A stretch of 64,000 bases of DNA from Candidatus Latescibacterota bacterium (GTDB lineage: Bacteria; Latescibacterota; UBA2968). The notes beneath the pieces were generated by a model. That model saw only the letters and a program-made list of their open reading frames with translations, ran no database searches and had not been told where the DNA came from. Both the position numbers and the translations under genes were made by a program. The DNA is taken from positions 5,440,001 through 5,504,000 of the forward strand of contig OZ241986.1 in the NCBI GenBank assembly GCA_965204375.1, written 5' to 3'. This document shows positions 1 through 9,518 of the stretch, in pieces (positions within the stretch are counted from its first letter, which is position 1; every line of letters starts with the position of its first letter).

Positions 1-117
1 CATGAGTGCCAGAATCAATTCTGAAAGGGCAAATTCTTTATATTCCTTTTCGTATTCTTCTTTAAACTCCGGGTCTTGCATCAGTCGCTCATAAGTAGAT
101 ATCGGTTTTTTATTTAT
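1..117 (-). CDS. XRE/HigA-like HTH antitoxin, N-terminal part (runs off window; non-canonical or mutated ATA start)
   Basis: Manual translation gives INKKPISTYERLMQDPEFKEEYEKEYKEFALSELILALM, typical of HTH antitoxin N-termini. An SD-like GAGAGGGG precedes ATA and there is no in-frame ATG at the expected start. Confidence 0.55.
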   Translation of the reverse strand, partial: MNKKPISTYERLMQDPEFKEEYEKEYKEFALSELILALM

Positions 118-157
118 AATAGCATCCCCTCTCAACTTATTGCTCAAAGTGTCCGCG

Positions 158-997
158 TTACCCTCGCGATGGCTCGGGCATTTCTGTTCTTGCGCGGGCA
201 GAGAGTTCGGCGAGGTGACCGTCGTGCGCCATGACTTGTTCCAGATGTTTTTTGCGTTCGGGTCCAGCGGTGGCGAGCATGATTTTTCCGTAAGCGCGAT
301 CGTTCCAGAATCGCGCGCGTGCGGCAATCTGTGTTTTTAACAGGTCAATATGTTCTTCATCTTCAGGGAAGCGTTCGCTGCAGTTGATGGTGAACATCCG
401 CCGACGCGGACTGCCGCCAAAGGCCGCGTGTTTTAAGTTGTGATTGAATAAGACGACGTCGCCCGGATTGGTTTCCAGTGCTAATGCAGGTATGTCTGGT
501 CCGTGAATATCCCATTCATTTTGGGAATTTCGGACGGTGTTTTCAATATTATTTGCATATTGATCTTTGAGATGGTGACTTCCTGGGATGACGCGCAAAC
601 AACCCGTTTCGCGCGTTAAGGGGTCCAGGTACAGGGCGATTTTTACAAATCGAATTTCTTTGCCCCAGCCATCCGAATGCCATTGCGTGTCTCCGGCATA
701 ATAATTTCCGTCTGATCCCATGTAGTTGAAATTTTCACCGAGTAATCCGACCAGGATTTCTTTTATCCGCGGATCATCTAAGAGGGCGCACAGCCGTTCG
801 TGCTGGTCGATAAATGGCACAATGCACGATCGACGGATGCCGTCGTGCGGTTGCCCGTTGTGTCCACCACCCCGCTGGTCCCATATCGTTTCAAATGCAT
901 CGATAATTTCGTCGATGCAGTCTGCCAATAACCCCGGAAATGCGAGAAATCCAAAGGTGTCAAAAAACGCTTTTTTTTGTTCGTTGAGGATGCCCAT
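158..997 (-). CDS. Phytanoyl-CoA dioxygenase (PhyH) family Fe(II)/2OG oxygenase
   Basis: WHSD HxD motif, LRVIPGSH, PGDVVLFNHNLKH distal His, N-terminal FFDTFGFL; SD AAGGAG upstream. Confidence 0.9.
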   Translation of the reverse strand: MGILNEQKKAFFDTFGFLAFPGLLADCIDEIIDAFETIWDQRGGGHNGQPHDGIRRSCIVPFIDQHERLCALLDDPRIKEILVGLLGENFNYMGSDGNYYAGDTQWHSDGWGKEIRFVKIALYLDPLTRETGCLRVIPGSHHLKDQYANNIENTVRNSQNEWDIHGPDIPALALETNPGDVVLFNHNLKHAAFGGSPRRRMFTINCSERFPEDEEHIDLLKTQIAARARFWNDRAYGKIMLATAGPERKKHLEQVMAHDGHLAELSARARTEMPEPSRG

Positions 998-1071
998 CGC
1001 TCGCTCCTTGTGGTTGACCTGTGGAGAAACTTCTGTTAAATTGAAGCGTTGATACCTTTAGTACAGGAAAG

Positions 1072-1103
1072 CCGTCATCGCGGCGTGATTTTAGCCGCGA
1101 TCC
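1072..1103. repeat. REP-like palindrome family A (CGTCATCGCGGC-loop-GCCGCGATCC)
   Basis: Near-identical intergenic copies at 29516-29546, 30895-30927 and 30953-30984. Confidence 0.8.
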
Positions 1104-1151
1104 AGAGGTTTTGGTTGTCATTACTTCCACCAATATATAAGGATAAACACC

Positions 1152-2441
1152 ATGCGCCAATATCTATTGTCCATCCCGATGATTCTACTTTTGCTCGTTG
1201 GGTCTGTCTCTGCACAAACGGTTAATTTTTCTTTGCGGGACCTCGATGGCAATACACATAACGCCTCTGACTATCGCGGCAAAGTGCTCGTGCTTGCGAT
1301 CATCGGGTATAGCTGACCGTCCTGTAGAGCGGCGGGTCCGCGACTCGAAAGTTTCTGGCAAGATCAAAAGAAAAAGGACGGCAATGTTGTGATGCTCGGT
1401 CTCGATGTTTGGAATGGTAGTCGTACTGGGGTTGAGGGTTTTCGCAGTAGCGGAAACATCACCTTTCCCATGCTTCTAAGTGCGCGTGGTGCTGTTTCTT
1501 TTTCGCATGATAACCTCGTTGTGGTTGGTCCCGATGGGACTGTGGCATTGCCCCCCACAGGCAGTCTGAGTACAAGTTCTCTTACTCGAGTGGAAGGTGT
1601 GGTTGATGACCTTGTGTCCAAAATACCCGCGAATGTGCCGGCGATTGCTATTCAGGAACAAGCAATTAATTTTGGCACTATTGACGCAGGTCAAACAGGT
1701 GAACAAGCTATTACGATCACGAATACGGGTACTGCAACGCTGGAGATTACAGGTATAGAGAGTGATGTGTCAGGTCTGACGTTTGATACTACGATGTTCA
1801 CACTGGCGCCCAATGGTTCGCAGACGGTGACGGTGACGTTTCCGAGTTCGACAGAGGGCACATTTTCGGGGAATATCACGATTTCGAGTAATGATCCGAA
1901 TAGTGCAACACAGACATTATCCGTTTCTGTGATCGTTCAACCACCACCTGTGCCGATGATCGCTGTGCAGCAAACAGCAGTTAATTTCGGTACTGTTGTC
2001 GCAGGTCAAACGGGTCAACAGACGATTGCGATCAGGAATACTGGTACTGCGCCGTTGGAGATTACAGGTATTGAGAGCGATGTGTCGGGTTTGACGTTTG
2101 ATACTACGATGTTCACACTGGCGCCCAATGGTTCGCAGACGGTGACGGTGATGTTTCCGAGTTCTGCGGAGGGCACGTTTTCGGGGAGTATTACTATTTC
2201 GAGTAATGATCCGAATAGTGCAACGCAGACATTGTCCGTTTCTATCATAGTTAAGATTTCTTCTGCTAATCCCAAGACCGATTTTAATGGTGATAAACAA
2301 GTGAATATTGTCGATTTTCTTCTTTTTGTGCAGGCATTTGGGTCAACCAATGCCAAATTCGATATCGATGGCGATGGCGCGGTTGGTATTACCGATTTTC
2401 TCCTTTTTGTGGAGTCCTTTGGAAAGGTGGTTGACGGATAG
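1152..2441 (+). CDS. Secreted selenocysteine-containing redoxin (TlpA/AhpC-TSA fold, UxxC) fused to two Ig-like ASH/choice-of-anchor-D domains and a C-terminal dockerin/EF-hand-like pair
   Basis: ATG1152 MRQYLLSIPMILLLLVGSVSAQ (signal peptide), then FSLRDLDGNTHNASDYRGKVLVLAIIGYS-TGA(1314-1316)-PSCRAAGPRL. The frame continues into the 1389-2441 ORF. A SECIS-like hairpin follows the TGA. Confidence 0.8.
1317..1350 (+). promoter_or_regulatory. Putative bacterial SECIS element
   Basis: GCGG-CGGGT-CCGC stem-loop (extendable with GAG/CTC) begins about 12 nt after the in-frame UGA and has a G-rich loop. Confidence 0.55.
1660..2245 (+). repeat. Intragenic tandem duplication with 315-nt period (two ASH/Ig domains)
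   Basis: GGAGATTACAGGTAT at 1742 and 2057; long near-identical stretches. Confidence 0.9.
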
Positions 2442-2457
2442 ATTTGCGACTTTCAGC

Positions 2458-2486
2458 TTGACACCTGGAGCGCAAACCTCTATGTT
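2458..2486 (+). promoter_or_regulatory. Sigma70-type promoter for the T-box/pheST leader
   Basis: TTGACA-17 nt-TATGTT immediately before the T-box stem I. Confidence 0.65.
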
Positions 2487-2494
2487 TTGCCTTC

Positions 2495-2765
2495 AAAGCA
2501 ATGACGGAGGAAAGTAACCTGTTCCCAACTGGACAGAGAGGATGTGTCCCGGGCTGAGAACACATCTGCAGGATGCACAGGCGAAGTTCCCTCCCGAGCT
2601 GCAAAGCCGAATGGAAAGACAGTTTCCTATTAAGCCGAGCCGGTGGGTCCACCGACAATGGACAGGATGGTGATGGCCATCTGCTGAGTGGTGCTTTTAA
2701 GCGCAAATAGGGTGGTACCGCGGAGAAGCTCTTTCGTCCCTATGATGACGAAGGGGCTTTTTTGT
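2495..2765 (+). ncRNA. T-box riboswitch, Phe specifier, transcriptional type
   Basis: AGTA and GGCTGAGA stem I motifs; specifier TTC at 2587-2589; T-box AATAGGGTGGTACCGCG at 2706-2722; terminator AGCTCTTTCGTC...GACGAAGGGGCT plus T run at about 2727-2763; lies directly upstream of pheS. Confidence 0.93.
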
Positions 2766-2792
2766 TGTCTAATACTAACATTGGAGTTTCTC

Positions 2793-4334
2793 TTGATTGA
2801 TCTCGCATCTTTACATGCGCTCGAAATTCGCATTTTGCGTGTGTATCAAAACAATGCCAGTGCCGAGCAGTCCGATGCACAACTTCAAAGTGGTGCTGGT
2901 CTCGGCGAGGGACAGGTTCGGCGTGCGGTTGAGTGGCTGATTTCCAAACAATTGCTCGAGGTTACCGCAGAAAATACGCGCGTGACGGTTTCGCTTACGG
3001 AAGTGGGGCGGGATTTTGCCTCAAAGGGTGCGACGCCAGAGACGGCACTTTTGGCCCGGGTGAGTGCAGAGCGCGTCGGGATCCAGGACTTGCAAGCCGA
3101 CGAGCGCTTTGATAGAGGTGCCTGGGGCAGTGCATTTGGCGGTTTGAAAAAGGATGGGGTTGTCGATCTGGACAAGGGGGCGGTTGTTATTGTCGATGCA
3201 GATCGGGCTTCTTTTTTTGTTGATCGACTTATGTCAGAACTTTTTGAGAAATTTTCCGATACCGGAATTGAGATTGATGATTTTCCCGGTGATATTGTCC
3301 AGTATATCGAAGCCAATGCCCGCAAACGCGGGGGGAGTAGGGCACCTGTTCGCCTGGACGAGCGCACAGAGCGGGTTTATTGCCTTACGGATGAAGGGCA
3401 GCGCGTGCTTGTGGAGGTTGTTAAAGCCAATCTTACGGGTGATGAGATTTCTCGTCTTACGCCCGATATGATTCAGAAGGGCACATGGCAGGGTGCGTCT
3501 TTTCGCCGATATGATCTGTCGATTAAGCCGCCTCGCGTGCTTATTGGAAAGCACCATCCCTATCGGGCGTATCTCGATAATGTGCGGCGCAGGTTGATGG
3601 CGCTCGGTTTTGAAGAGATGAAGGGGTCGCTGGTCGAGACCGAGTTTTGGAATATGGATGCTCTTTTTATGCCGCAGTTCCACGCGGCACGCAATATTCA
3701 CGATGTGTATTATGTGACGGAGCCGACGCAATCCCGAGAGGCTGAAGAACCCCATTTTTCCAGGGTGGCTGAGGCGCATCAAAACGGGGGTGAGACGGGT
3801 TCGCGCGGGTGGCGATATGAGTTCAATCCCGAACAGTCTCGCCGCCTTATTTTGCGGAGTCAGGGTACTGCGCTTTCGGGGCGTACGCTCGCTTCAGAAC
3901 CGAATATTCCGGGTAAATATTTCGCGCTTGCGCGTTGCTTTCGACCGGATGATGTCGATGCCACACACGCGGCAGATTTTTTTCAGGCTGAGGGTATTGT
4001 TCTGGGCGAGGAGATAAATTTTCGCAGTTTGCTCGGTTTGCTCAAGTTGTTCGCCCTTGAGATCGCGCAGTCCGAAGATGTGCGCTATGTGCCCGATTAT
4101 TTTCCTTTTACCGAGCCTTCGGTAGAACTTCAGGCGAAGCATCCCGTTCTGGGATGGATTGAGCTTGGTGGTGCGGGTCTTTTCCGTCCTGAGCTTACTC
4201 AACCTCTGGGAGTGGATGTTCCGGTTATTGCCTGGGGTCTGGGGGTTGATCGAATGGCGATGGTCGCGCTGGGTATTAACGATATACGCGATTTGTTCAG
4301 TACGGATTTGGATCTGGTCAGGAATACGCGGTAG
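2793..4334 (+). CDS. pheS: Phenylalanine--tRNA ligase alpha subunit, long archaeal/eukaryote-like type
   Basis: EFWNMDALFMPQFHAAR, YFPFTEPS, WIELGGAGLFRPE and AWGLGVDR motifs, with an N-terminal extension of about 200 aa. The start was moved to TTG2793 (SD GGAG) because the called start 2688 lies inside the T-box. Confidence 0.95.
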   Translation: MIDLASLHALEIRILRVYQNNASAEQSDAQLQSGAGLGEGQVRRAVEWLISKQLLEVTAENTRVTVSLTEVGRDFASKGATPETALLARVSAERVGIQDLQADERFDRGAWGSAFGGLKKDGVVDLDKGAVVIVDADRASFFVDRLMSELFEKFSDTGIEIDDFPGDIVQYIEANARKRGGSRAPVRLDERTERVYCLTDEGQRVLVEVVKANLTGDEISRLTPDMIQKGTWQGASFRRYDLSIKPPRVLIGKHHPYRAYLDNVRRRLMALGFEEMKGSLVETEFWNMDALFMPQFHAARNIHDVYYVTEPTQSREAEEPHFSRVAEAHQNGGETGSRGWRYEFNPEQSRRLILRSQGTALSGRTLASEPNIPGKYFALARCFRPDDVDATHAADFFQAEGIVLGEEINFRSLLGLLKLFALEIAQSEDVRYVPDYFPFTEPSVELQAKHPVLGWIELGGAGLFRPELTQPLGVDVPVIAWGLGVDRMAMVALGINDIRDLFSTDLDLVRNTR

Positions 4335-4342
4335 GAGTAAAA

Positions 4343-6028
4343 ATGCCAACGATTACTGTTAATAAACCCGATTTTGAACGTCTTGCAGGGCGGGCTTATT
4401 CTTCGGAGAGTTTGGGTGTTGCTCTTGAAACGGCTAAGGCCGAGATTGATGCCGAAGAGGGCGATACGCTTCGCATTCAGCTCAAGGATACCAATCGTCC
4501 CGATTTGTGGTCGGCAGAAGGGCTTGCGCGGTTGCTCAAAAGCTATCGGGAGAATGTCCAACCCGATTATTCTTTTTTTGATGCGTCTGAAGTGTCGCAG
4601 GAACGAGAGGTTATTGTCGATCCCGGGTTGCGCTATGTCCGTCCCTATATTGCCGCTTTTGCGTGTGAGGGTATTGCGATTGACGAGGCGGCACTGGACG
4701 CGCTTATCGAGGCGCAGGAAAAACTCGCCGATGGGTATGGGCGCGGTCGTAGCATTGTTGCGATTGGGATTTACGATGCGTCCGATATTGTGTATCCGGT
4801 GCGATACGATGCGGTTGATCCCGATGAAACTGCTTTTGTTCCTCTGGAGTTTGAGTCTGAGATGTCTTTGCGACAGATTTTGTCCGATCATCCCACGGGC
4901 AGAACGTATGCACATCTTCTCGAAGGCAAGGATAAGTTTCCGCTGATACGCGATTCGCGCGGCGAGGTTCTTTCCATGCCTCCTGTGATTAATAGCCAGA
5001 GTCTGGGGCGCGTTGAAGTGGGGGATGCGTTTTTGTTTTGCGAGGCGACGGGGCCTGAACTCGATGCTATTCTTTTGTCTATGGCGATTATGGCGGTTAA
5101 TATGGCTGACCGGGGCGGCCGCATTTATCCCGTGACGGTGCGGTATCCATATCAGACGCCGAGAGGACAGGTTGTGACGTGTCCCTATGATCTGACCGAG
5201 CCATTGCAAGTTGATATAGATGAGATTTTCAAAGTGGTTGGATCACATATTTCGATGGGGCAGATTCAGACTGCGCTTACGGCAATGGGTTACCGGGATA
5301 TTGACGTGCGAGAGCGGAGTATTAAAGTGCGCCCTGCGCCTTATCGCGACGATATTTTACATCCCGTGGATGTTGTGGAAGATGTCGTGATCGGCGTGGG
5401 GTACGAGGCTTTTGAACCCGAGATGCCGCGGGATTTTACGGTTGGCAAAGCCGCGCCAGAAGAGGATCTTGCTGACCGATTTCGCAATCTCATGGTTGGA
5501 AGTGGATTTCAAGAGGTCTTTTTGCCGATTCTCTGTTCTCAAAAAGAACAGACTGTGGATATGAATAATCCGGATGCACAGATTATTTCGATTTCAAATC
5601 CTATGTCCGAAAATTACAGTGCGATTCGAGGGTCGTTGTTGCCCGGTTTGCTCAAGACCGAAGCCACAAGCCGCCGCGCGCTGTACCCGCATCGGATTTT
5701 TGAAGTGGGTGAGGTGGGGGTTCTCGCTCCAGGGGAAAATTACGGTACGCGCACGGATATTCATCTTTGCGCGCTCGAAGCGAGTGACGAAGCCAATTTG
5801 TCCGGTGTTCAGAGCTATCTGGAGGTGTTGTCCTATTATTTTGATTTTGAATACGCGATTGCGCCGATTGAGCATCCCACATTTTTGCCCGGTCGCAGTG
5901 GCGAGATCTGTATAGGCGAGCGCGTTTACGGGCTTATTGGCGAAGTTCATCCCAGCGTTCTCGAAATCTGGGGTATAAATTATCCCGTCAGTGCATTTGA
6001 GGTTGATATCCGCATTGTGTCTGATTAA
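4343..6028 (+). CDS. pheT: Phenylalanine--tRNA ligase beta subunit, short archaeal-type
   Basis: 561 aa; DTNRPDLWSAEGLAR, SMPPVINS, YRDDILHPVDVVED. Lacks the bacterial N-terminal OB fold and the C-terminal anticodon-binding domain. Confidence 0.95.
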   Translation: MPTITVNKPDFERLAGRAYSSESLGVALETAKAEIDAEEGDTLRIQLKDTNRPDLWSAEGLARLLKSYRENVQPDYSFFDASEVSQEREVIVDPGLRYVRPYIAAFACEGIAIDEAALDALIEAQEKLADGYGRGRSIVAIGIYDASDIVYPVRYDAVDPDETAFVPLEFESEMSLRQILSDHPTGRTYAHLLEGKDKFPLIRDSRGEVLSMPPVINSQSLGRVEVGDAFLFCEATGPELDAILLSMAIMAVNMADRGGRIYPVTVRYPYQTPRGQVVTCPYDLTEPLQVDIDEIFKVVGSHISMGQIQTALTAMGYRDIDVRERSIKVRPAPYRDDILHPVDVVEDVVIGVGYEAFEPEMPRDFTVGKAAPEEDLADRFRNLMVGSGFQEVFLPILCSQKEQTVDMNNPDAQIISISNPMSENYSAIRGSLLPGLLKTEATSRRALYPHRIFEVGEVGVLAPGENYGTRTDIHLCALEASDEANLSGVQSYLEVLSYYFDFEYAIAPIEHPTFLPGRSGEICIGERVYGLIGEVHPSVLEIWGINYPVSAFEVDIRIVSD

Positions 6029-6040
6029 TTGGGGGTAACT

Positions 6041-7231
6041 ATGGATAAACTCAAGGTTGGTATTCTCGGTCTCGGTCGCGGTTTTACGCATTTCAGAAAT
6101 TTCCTCGCTCTGGAAGAGGCTGAGGTTATTGGTGCTTGTGACCGCTTTCCTCGCTTGAGAGAACGCGCCGAGCAACATCTGGCGTCGGTTGGTGCAACGG
6201 CTCCGATTTTGCCCGAGTTTGACGATTTGCTCGATCTCAAGCCCGATGCTGTTGTGGTTGCGACGAATGGGAAATTGCAGGTGGAACACGGTTGCCAGGC
6301 TATGCGCGCGGGTTGTCATGTGCTTTCTGAAGTTCCCGGTGCTTATACGCAGGAAGAGTGTATGAATTTGCGGCAGACCGTTGAATATACGGGCAAAACC
6401 TATATGCTGGGAGAAAATACCTGTTATTGGGATTTTTTTCGCTATTTCCGCAAATGGGTTGCCGAAGATCGCTTTGGTCCCATTTCTATTGCCGAAGGCG
6501 AATATATTCACCATTTGCCGGGTACGCTTTTTCGCCCCGATAGTTCGCGGCATACGCCGACTCGAGCGCGGGCAGCCGGTTATGCGGATACAATGCCGAT
6601 CTGGCGTGCCGATCAACCGCCTATTCAATATCTGACGCATGACCTGGGGCCATTGCTCGAAGTGATTGACGACCGCTGTGTTTCTGTTTCTTGTCGCAGC
6701 GCGCCGTTCCGAAGTGCTGACGCGCCTCTGCGTTCCGACGGCCAGATCGCGGTGTTCGAGACAGCAAAGGGCGCACTTATTAAAATTATGGTTACGCTGA
6801 ATACAGCCCGCCCTTCTGAACACCGCTATCGCATTTTTGGCGTTGAGGGCGGTGCCGAGTGGTTTAGCTATGAAAAACACGCGCGTCGCTTTTCCCGAGG
6901 GGCGGATCATCGCAGTGGTTGGGAGGTTTTACCCGTTGGTCTGGGCGCACATGGCGATGATACTTCTGCAGGTCACGGCGGTGCGGACTTAAAACTCGCC
7001 CGACATTTTACACAGTCTATTCTCGCTGGCAAGCCGTCGCCGATTGATGTGTATCGCGCCATTGAATACTGTCTGCCGGGGATTTTGGCAAATAAATCCG
7101 CTGAGTTGGGCGGTGCGCCAGTTCCCATTCCGGATTTTCGCCTCACGCCATTTGAACACACAATTTTTTGGGATAGTTTGGGGCTTCCCGAACGCGATCC
7201 AGAATCCCGGCCGTATCAGCCGCTTGGGTAG
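6041..7231 (+). CDS. Gfo/Idh/MocA family oxidoreductase
   Basis: LKVGILGLGRG Rossmann motif, HVLSEVP, YLTHDLGP, GHGGAD. Confidence 0.9.
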   Translation: MDKLKVGILGLGRGFTHFRNFLALEEAEVIGACDRFPRLRERAEQHLASVGATAPILPEFDDLLDLKPDAVVVATNGKLQVEHGCQAMRAGCHVLSEVPGAYTQEECMNLRQTVEYTGKTYMLGENTCYWDFFRYFRKWVAEDRFGPISIAEGEYIHHLPGTLFRPDSSRHTPTRARAAGYADTMPIWRADQPPIQYLTHDLGPLLEVIDDRCVSVSCRSAPFRSADAPLRSDGQIAVFETAKGALIKIMVTLNTARPSEHRYRIFGVEGGAEWFSYEKHARRFSRGADHRSGWEVLPVGLGAHGDDTSAGHGGADLKLARHFTQSILAGKPSPIDVYRAIEYCLPGILANKSAELGGAPVPIPDFRLTPFEHTIFWDSLGLPERDPESRPYQPLG

Positions 7232-7761
7232 ATCAAAGCGGTTTTGGCATTTCTGAAAATAAAAATATCCGAATCGCAATAATCCGGATTTTTTGTTGAG
7301 CGGATGGAATCTTTATTATTTCTCGAAGCCTATGATCGAGACCGCAGAAATTCGCTATCTTATGGTCTTTCCCATAAAAAAGTTGAACATAGGAGTCAAG
7401 GTGCGGTTATGGTTGATGGGCAACCTAATTTAACTGACGTTACGCAAGAACCACTGCGACAGCCACCTAATCAAGTGGTACATATCTTTCACATAACCGC
7501 CCATTCATTGATCAAAATATACACTCTTTCCGCCAACGCTTGTGCTCCTCCACCTCCGCTTCAACAAACATTCCACAAATTCAAGTTGTGAACCACAGCG
7601 CAATACTGCATATTGAAGACATAATGAGGTGCCTGAACTTCTTTCGAGCCTTTTTATCGTTCAATTTTGTGATAATTTCATTTTTTGGCCTGATATTTGC
7701 TTGGGGTCTGACTGTTGCGTTTGTCCAAAATACGACCAACCTTCAGATCAGGGCATCTCAT

Positions 7762-8706
7762 ATGGCCGAATTTGATGCAATATCCAAACACCTCATTCAA
7801 ACTTATCCCGACGACTTTGCCAACTTCACCCTCGGACGTGAGGACGTTGAAGTTCTCGCAGTCATTGACACAGAGCAACTCACGATTGAAGCACACCAGA
7901 CGGATAGCCTGATTCGCGTGCGTATGGATGACGAAGAAGTATTGGTCCACAACGAGTTTCAAACGACTGACAGCACCAATCCACCCATGCCGCGCCGCAT
8001 GGCTGGCTATATTGGACATGCTATTCGGCAACACGGTCTGCCGATTTATTCCAACGTGATCTACCTGCGTCCCAATGCCGGGCGGCGCGATCCCGGATAT
8101 TATGTCCAGGAGCGTTCCGGCTACCTGTTCGCGGTTCAGTACAGGGTGATCAGGCTGATTGAGATAGAAGGCGAGCGCGTCCTCGAATCGGGGCAATCGG
8201 GTCTGATTCCTTTCACACCTTTGATGAAGCCACCTGAGGGGATGGCCTTAGATGCGTGGTTGCAACAGTGTATTCACACGGCTCGGACGCGCCCTATCGC
8301 TCGGACATATAGGGCGGATTATCTGGCTGGCATGGTGGCATTGAGCGAGTTGGTATATAAGTCTGAAACGATTTCTGATATCATATTGAAGGAGGGCATC
8401 ATGGATCTGATCCGCGAATCATCTCTTTTTCAACACCTTACCCAACAAAGTAGAGAGGAAGCCAGAGAGGAGGGCAGAGAGGAGGGCAGAGAGGAGGGTC
8501 TTGAGCAGGGCATTAAGCGAGGTGAAAGAGACCGCGCTATTGCAGATATTCTCGAAGTGCTGGAGATTCGATTTGACCTGAACGAAGCGCATCCCCTATC
8601 CACCCGCATTGCCGCCATCGACGATTTACAACGCCTCAAGCAGTTGCACCGCGCGGCGATACAGGTGCCCAATCTCGAGGCATTTCAGCGCGTGCTATAT
8701 GCGTGA
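7762..8706 (+). CDS. Rpn/YhgA-like PD-(D/E)XK nuclease (putative transposase family)
   Basis: MAEFDAISKHLI...TDSLIRV...VHNEFQT...MPRRMAGY, plus C-terminal EEGREEGREEGLEQG repeats. Start placed at ATG7762. Confidence 0.85.
   Translation: MAEFDAISKHLIQTYPDDFANFTLGREDVEVLAVIDTEQLTIEAHQTDSLIRVRMDDEEVLVHNEFQTTDSTNPPMPRRMAGYIGHAIRQHGLPIYSNVIYLRPNAGRRDPGYYVQERSGYLFAVQYRVIRLIEIEGERVLESGQSGLIPFTPLMKPPEGMALDAWLQQCIHTARTRPIARTYRADYLAGMVALSELVYKSETISDIILKEGIMDLIRESSLFQHLTQQSREEAREEGREEGREEGLEQGIKRGERDRAIADILEVLEIRFDLNEAHPLSTRIAAIDDLQRLKQLHRAAIQVPNLEAFQRVLYA
8401..8706 (+). CDS. Putative internally initiated RpnS antitoxin (gene within gene)
   Basis: Strong SD AAGGAGGG at 8389-8396 before an in-frame ATG8401, just ahead of the EGREEG repeats. 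Confidence 0.6.
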   Translation: MDLIRESSLFQHLTQQSREEAREEGREEGREEGLEQGIKRGERDRAIADILEVLEIRFDLNEAHPLSTRIAAIDDLQRLKQLHRAAIQVPNLEAFQRVLYA

Positions 8707-8793
8707 CGTGATTTCCATAAGCCTGACGAGAGATATTGGGACACCGCACATCAGAATATAATTCAAAAAAAATACCACGTAAATCTCTCAGGG

Positions 8794-9423
8794 TTAGTTT
8801 CTTAGTGCAATATCATGAATCATCTGCGGATTTTGTCTGACTTCTTTAAAGATCTGCAATCCTTCACGACACGCGGTTTCACACAATTTCTTGAATAGGA
8901 ACCCTCTGAGATTATAAGTTTCGGCTCCCTTAAGTTCACTCGCTAATTTAGCTCCTGCTTCAACAAAGTGGATATTCAGTGAAGAATTAGAAGGAAGATA
9001 CTTCCTGTAAGTTGGGGCAAGTAGAAAAATCCAGTCTGTTGTACTAAGATACCGAAAAGACCACTTTTCACGGAGTTGTAGAGCTTCCACATGTTGTCCA
9101 AATAATAAAAACAAAACGAGGTCATATTTATTATTTTTAATTATGTCCAACAGTTTTTTCGAAACACAGTCGGGGACTTGGTTCCAGATGGCATCTTCAT
9201 TTTCAACATTGTAACGATCAATAACACAGTGTTCGCTGATCAGTCCATGTTTGGTTGACACAATAAATAAATCAATAGCTATCTTTCCAGACTGATCGCG
9301 TTTCCTGATTTTTCTTAAGCCTTCCATCAACAGCATATGATCCGGTCCTCTATACAGTTTCGCGGCATTTGTTGTACTATCGCCTTGTTTTTCTGTACAA
9401 GAGCTAATTACCAATATCTTCAT
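8794..9423 (-). CDS. Hypothetical protein, DUF6884-like, AT-rich
   Basis: MKILVISSCTEKQ...AAKLYRG...LFIVSTKHGLI resembles the CxxxK...A..LY.G...ILSAKYGL signature. Confidence 0.5.
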   Translation of the reverse strand: MKILVISSCTEKQGDSTTNAAKLYRGPDHMLLMEGLRKIRKRDQSGKIAIDLFIVSTKHGLISEHCVIDRYNVENEDAIWNQVPDCVSKKLLDIIKNNKYDLVLFLLFGQHVEALQLREKWSFRYLSTTDWIFLLAPTYRKYLPSNSSLNIHFVEAGAKLASELKGAETYNLRGFLFKKLCETACREGLQIFKEVRQNPQMIHDIALRN

Positions 9424-9518
9424 AAAATTACGTTTCTCGTTGTTAATGTGTCTCAAGAACAGTAGGAAATCACTCCCGGCTTATCGGGCCAGGCATGGAT
9501 GTTGATCGCGGGCGATTT

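Noticed and set aside
1198-1392. 64-aa ORF suggesting a frameshifted N-terminus for the 1389 ORF
   Set aside because: The true N-terminus is in the same frame as 1389, starting at ATG1152 and reading through TGA; no frameshift is needed.
2688-2792. Called N-terminal extension of pheS
   Set aside because: It overlaps the T-box antiterminator and terminator; TTG2793 has an SD.
4199-6910. Long minus-strand ORFs (336 aa and 438 aa)
   Set aside because: Antisense shadows of pheT and the oxidoreductase; no recognisable motifs.
7304-7761. 95-aa ORF and upstream extension of Rpn
   Set aside because: No motifs or SD; possibly decayed sequence that I could not assign.
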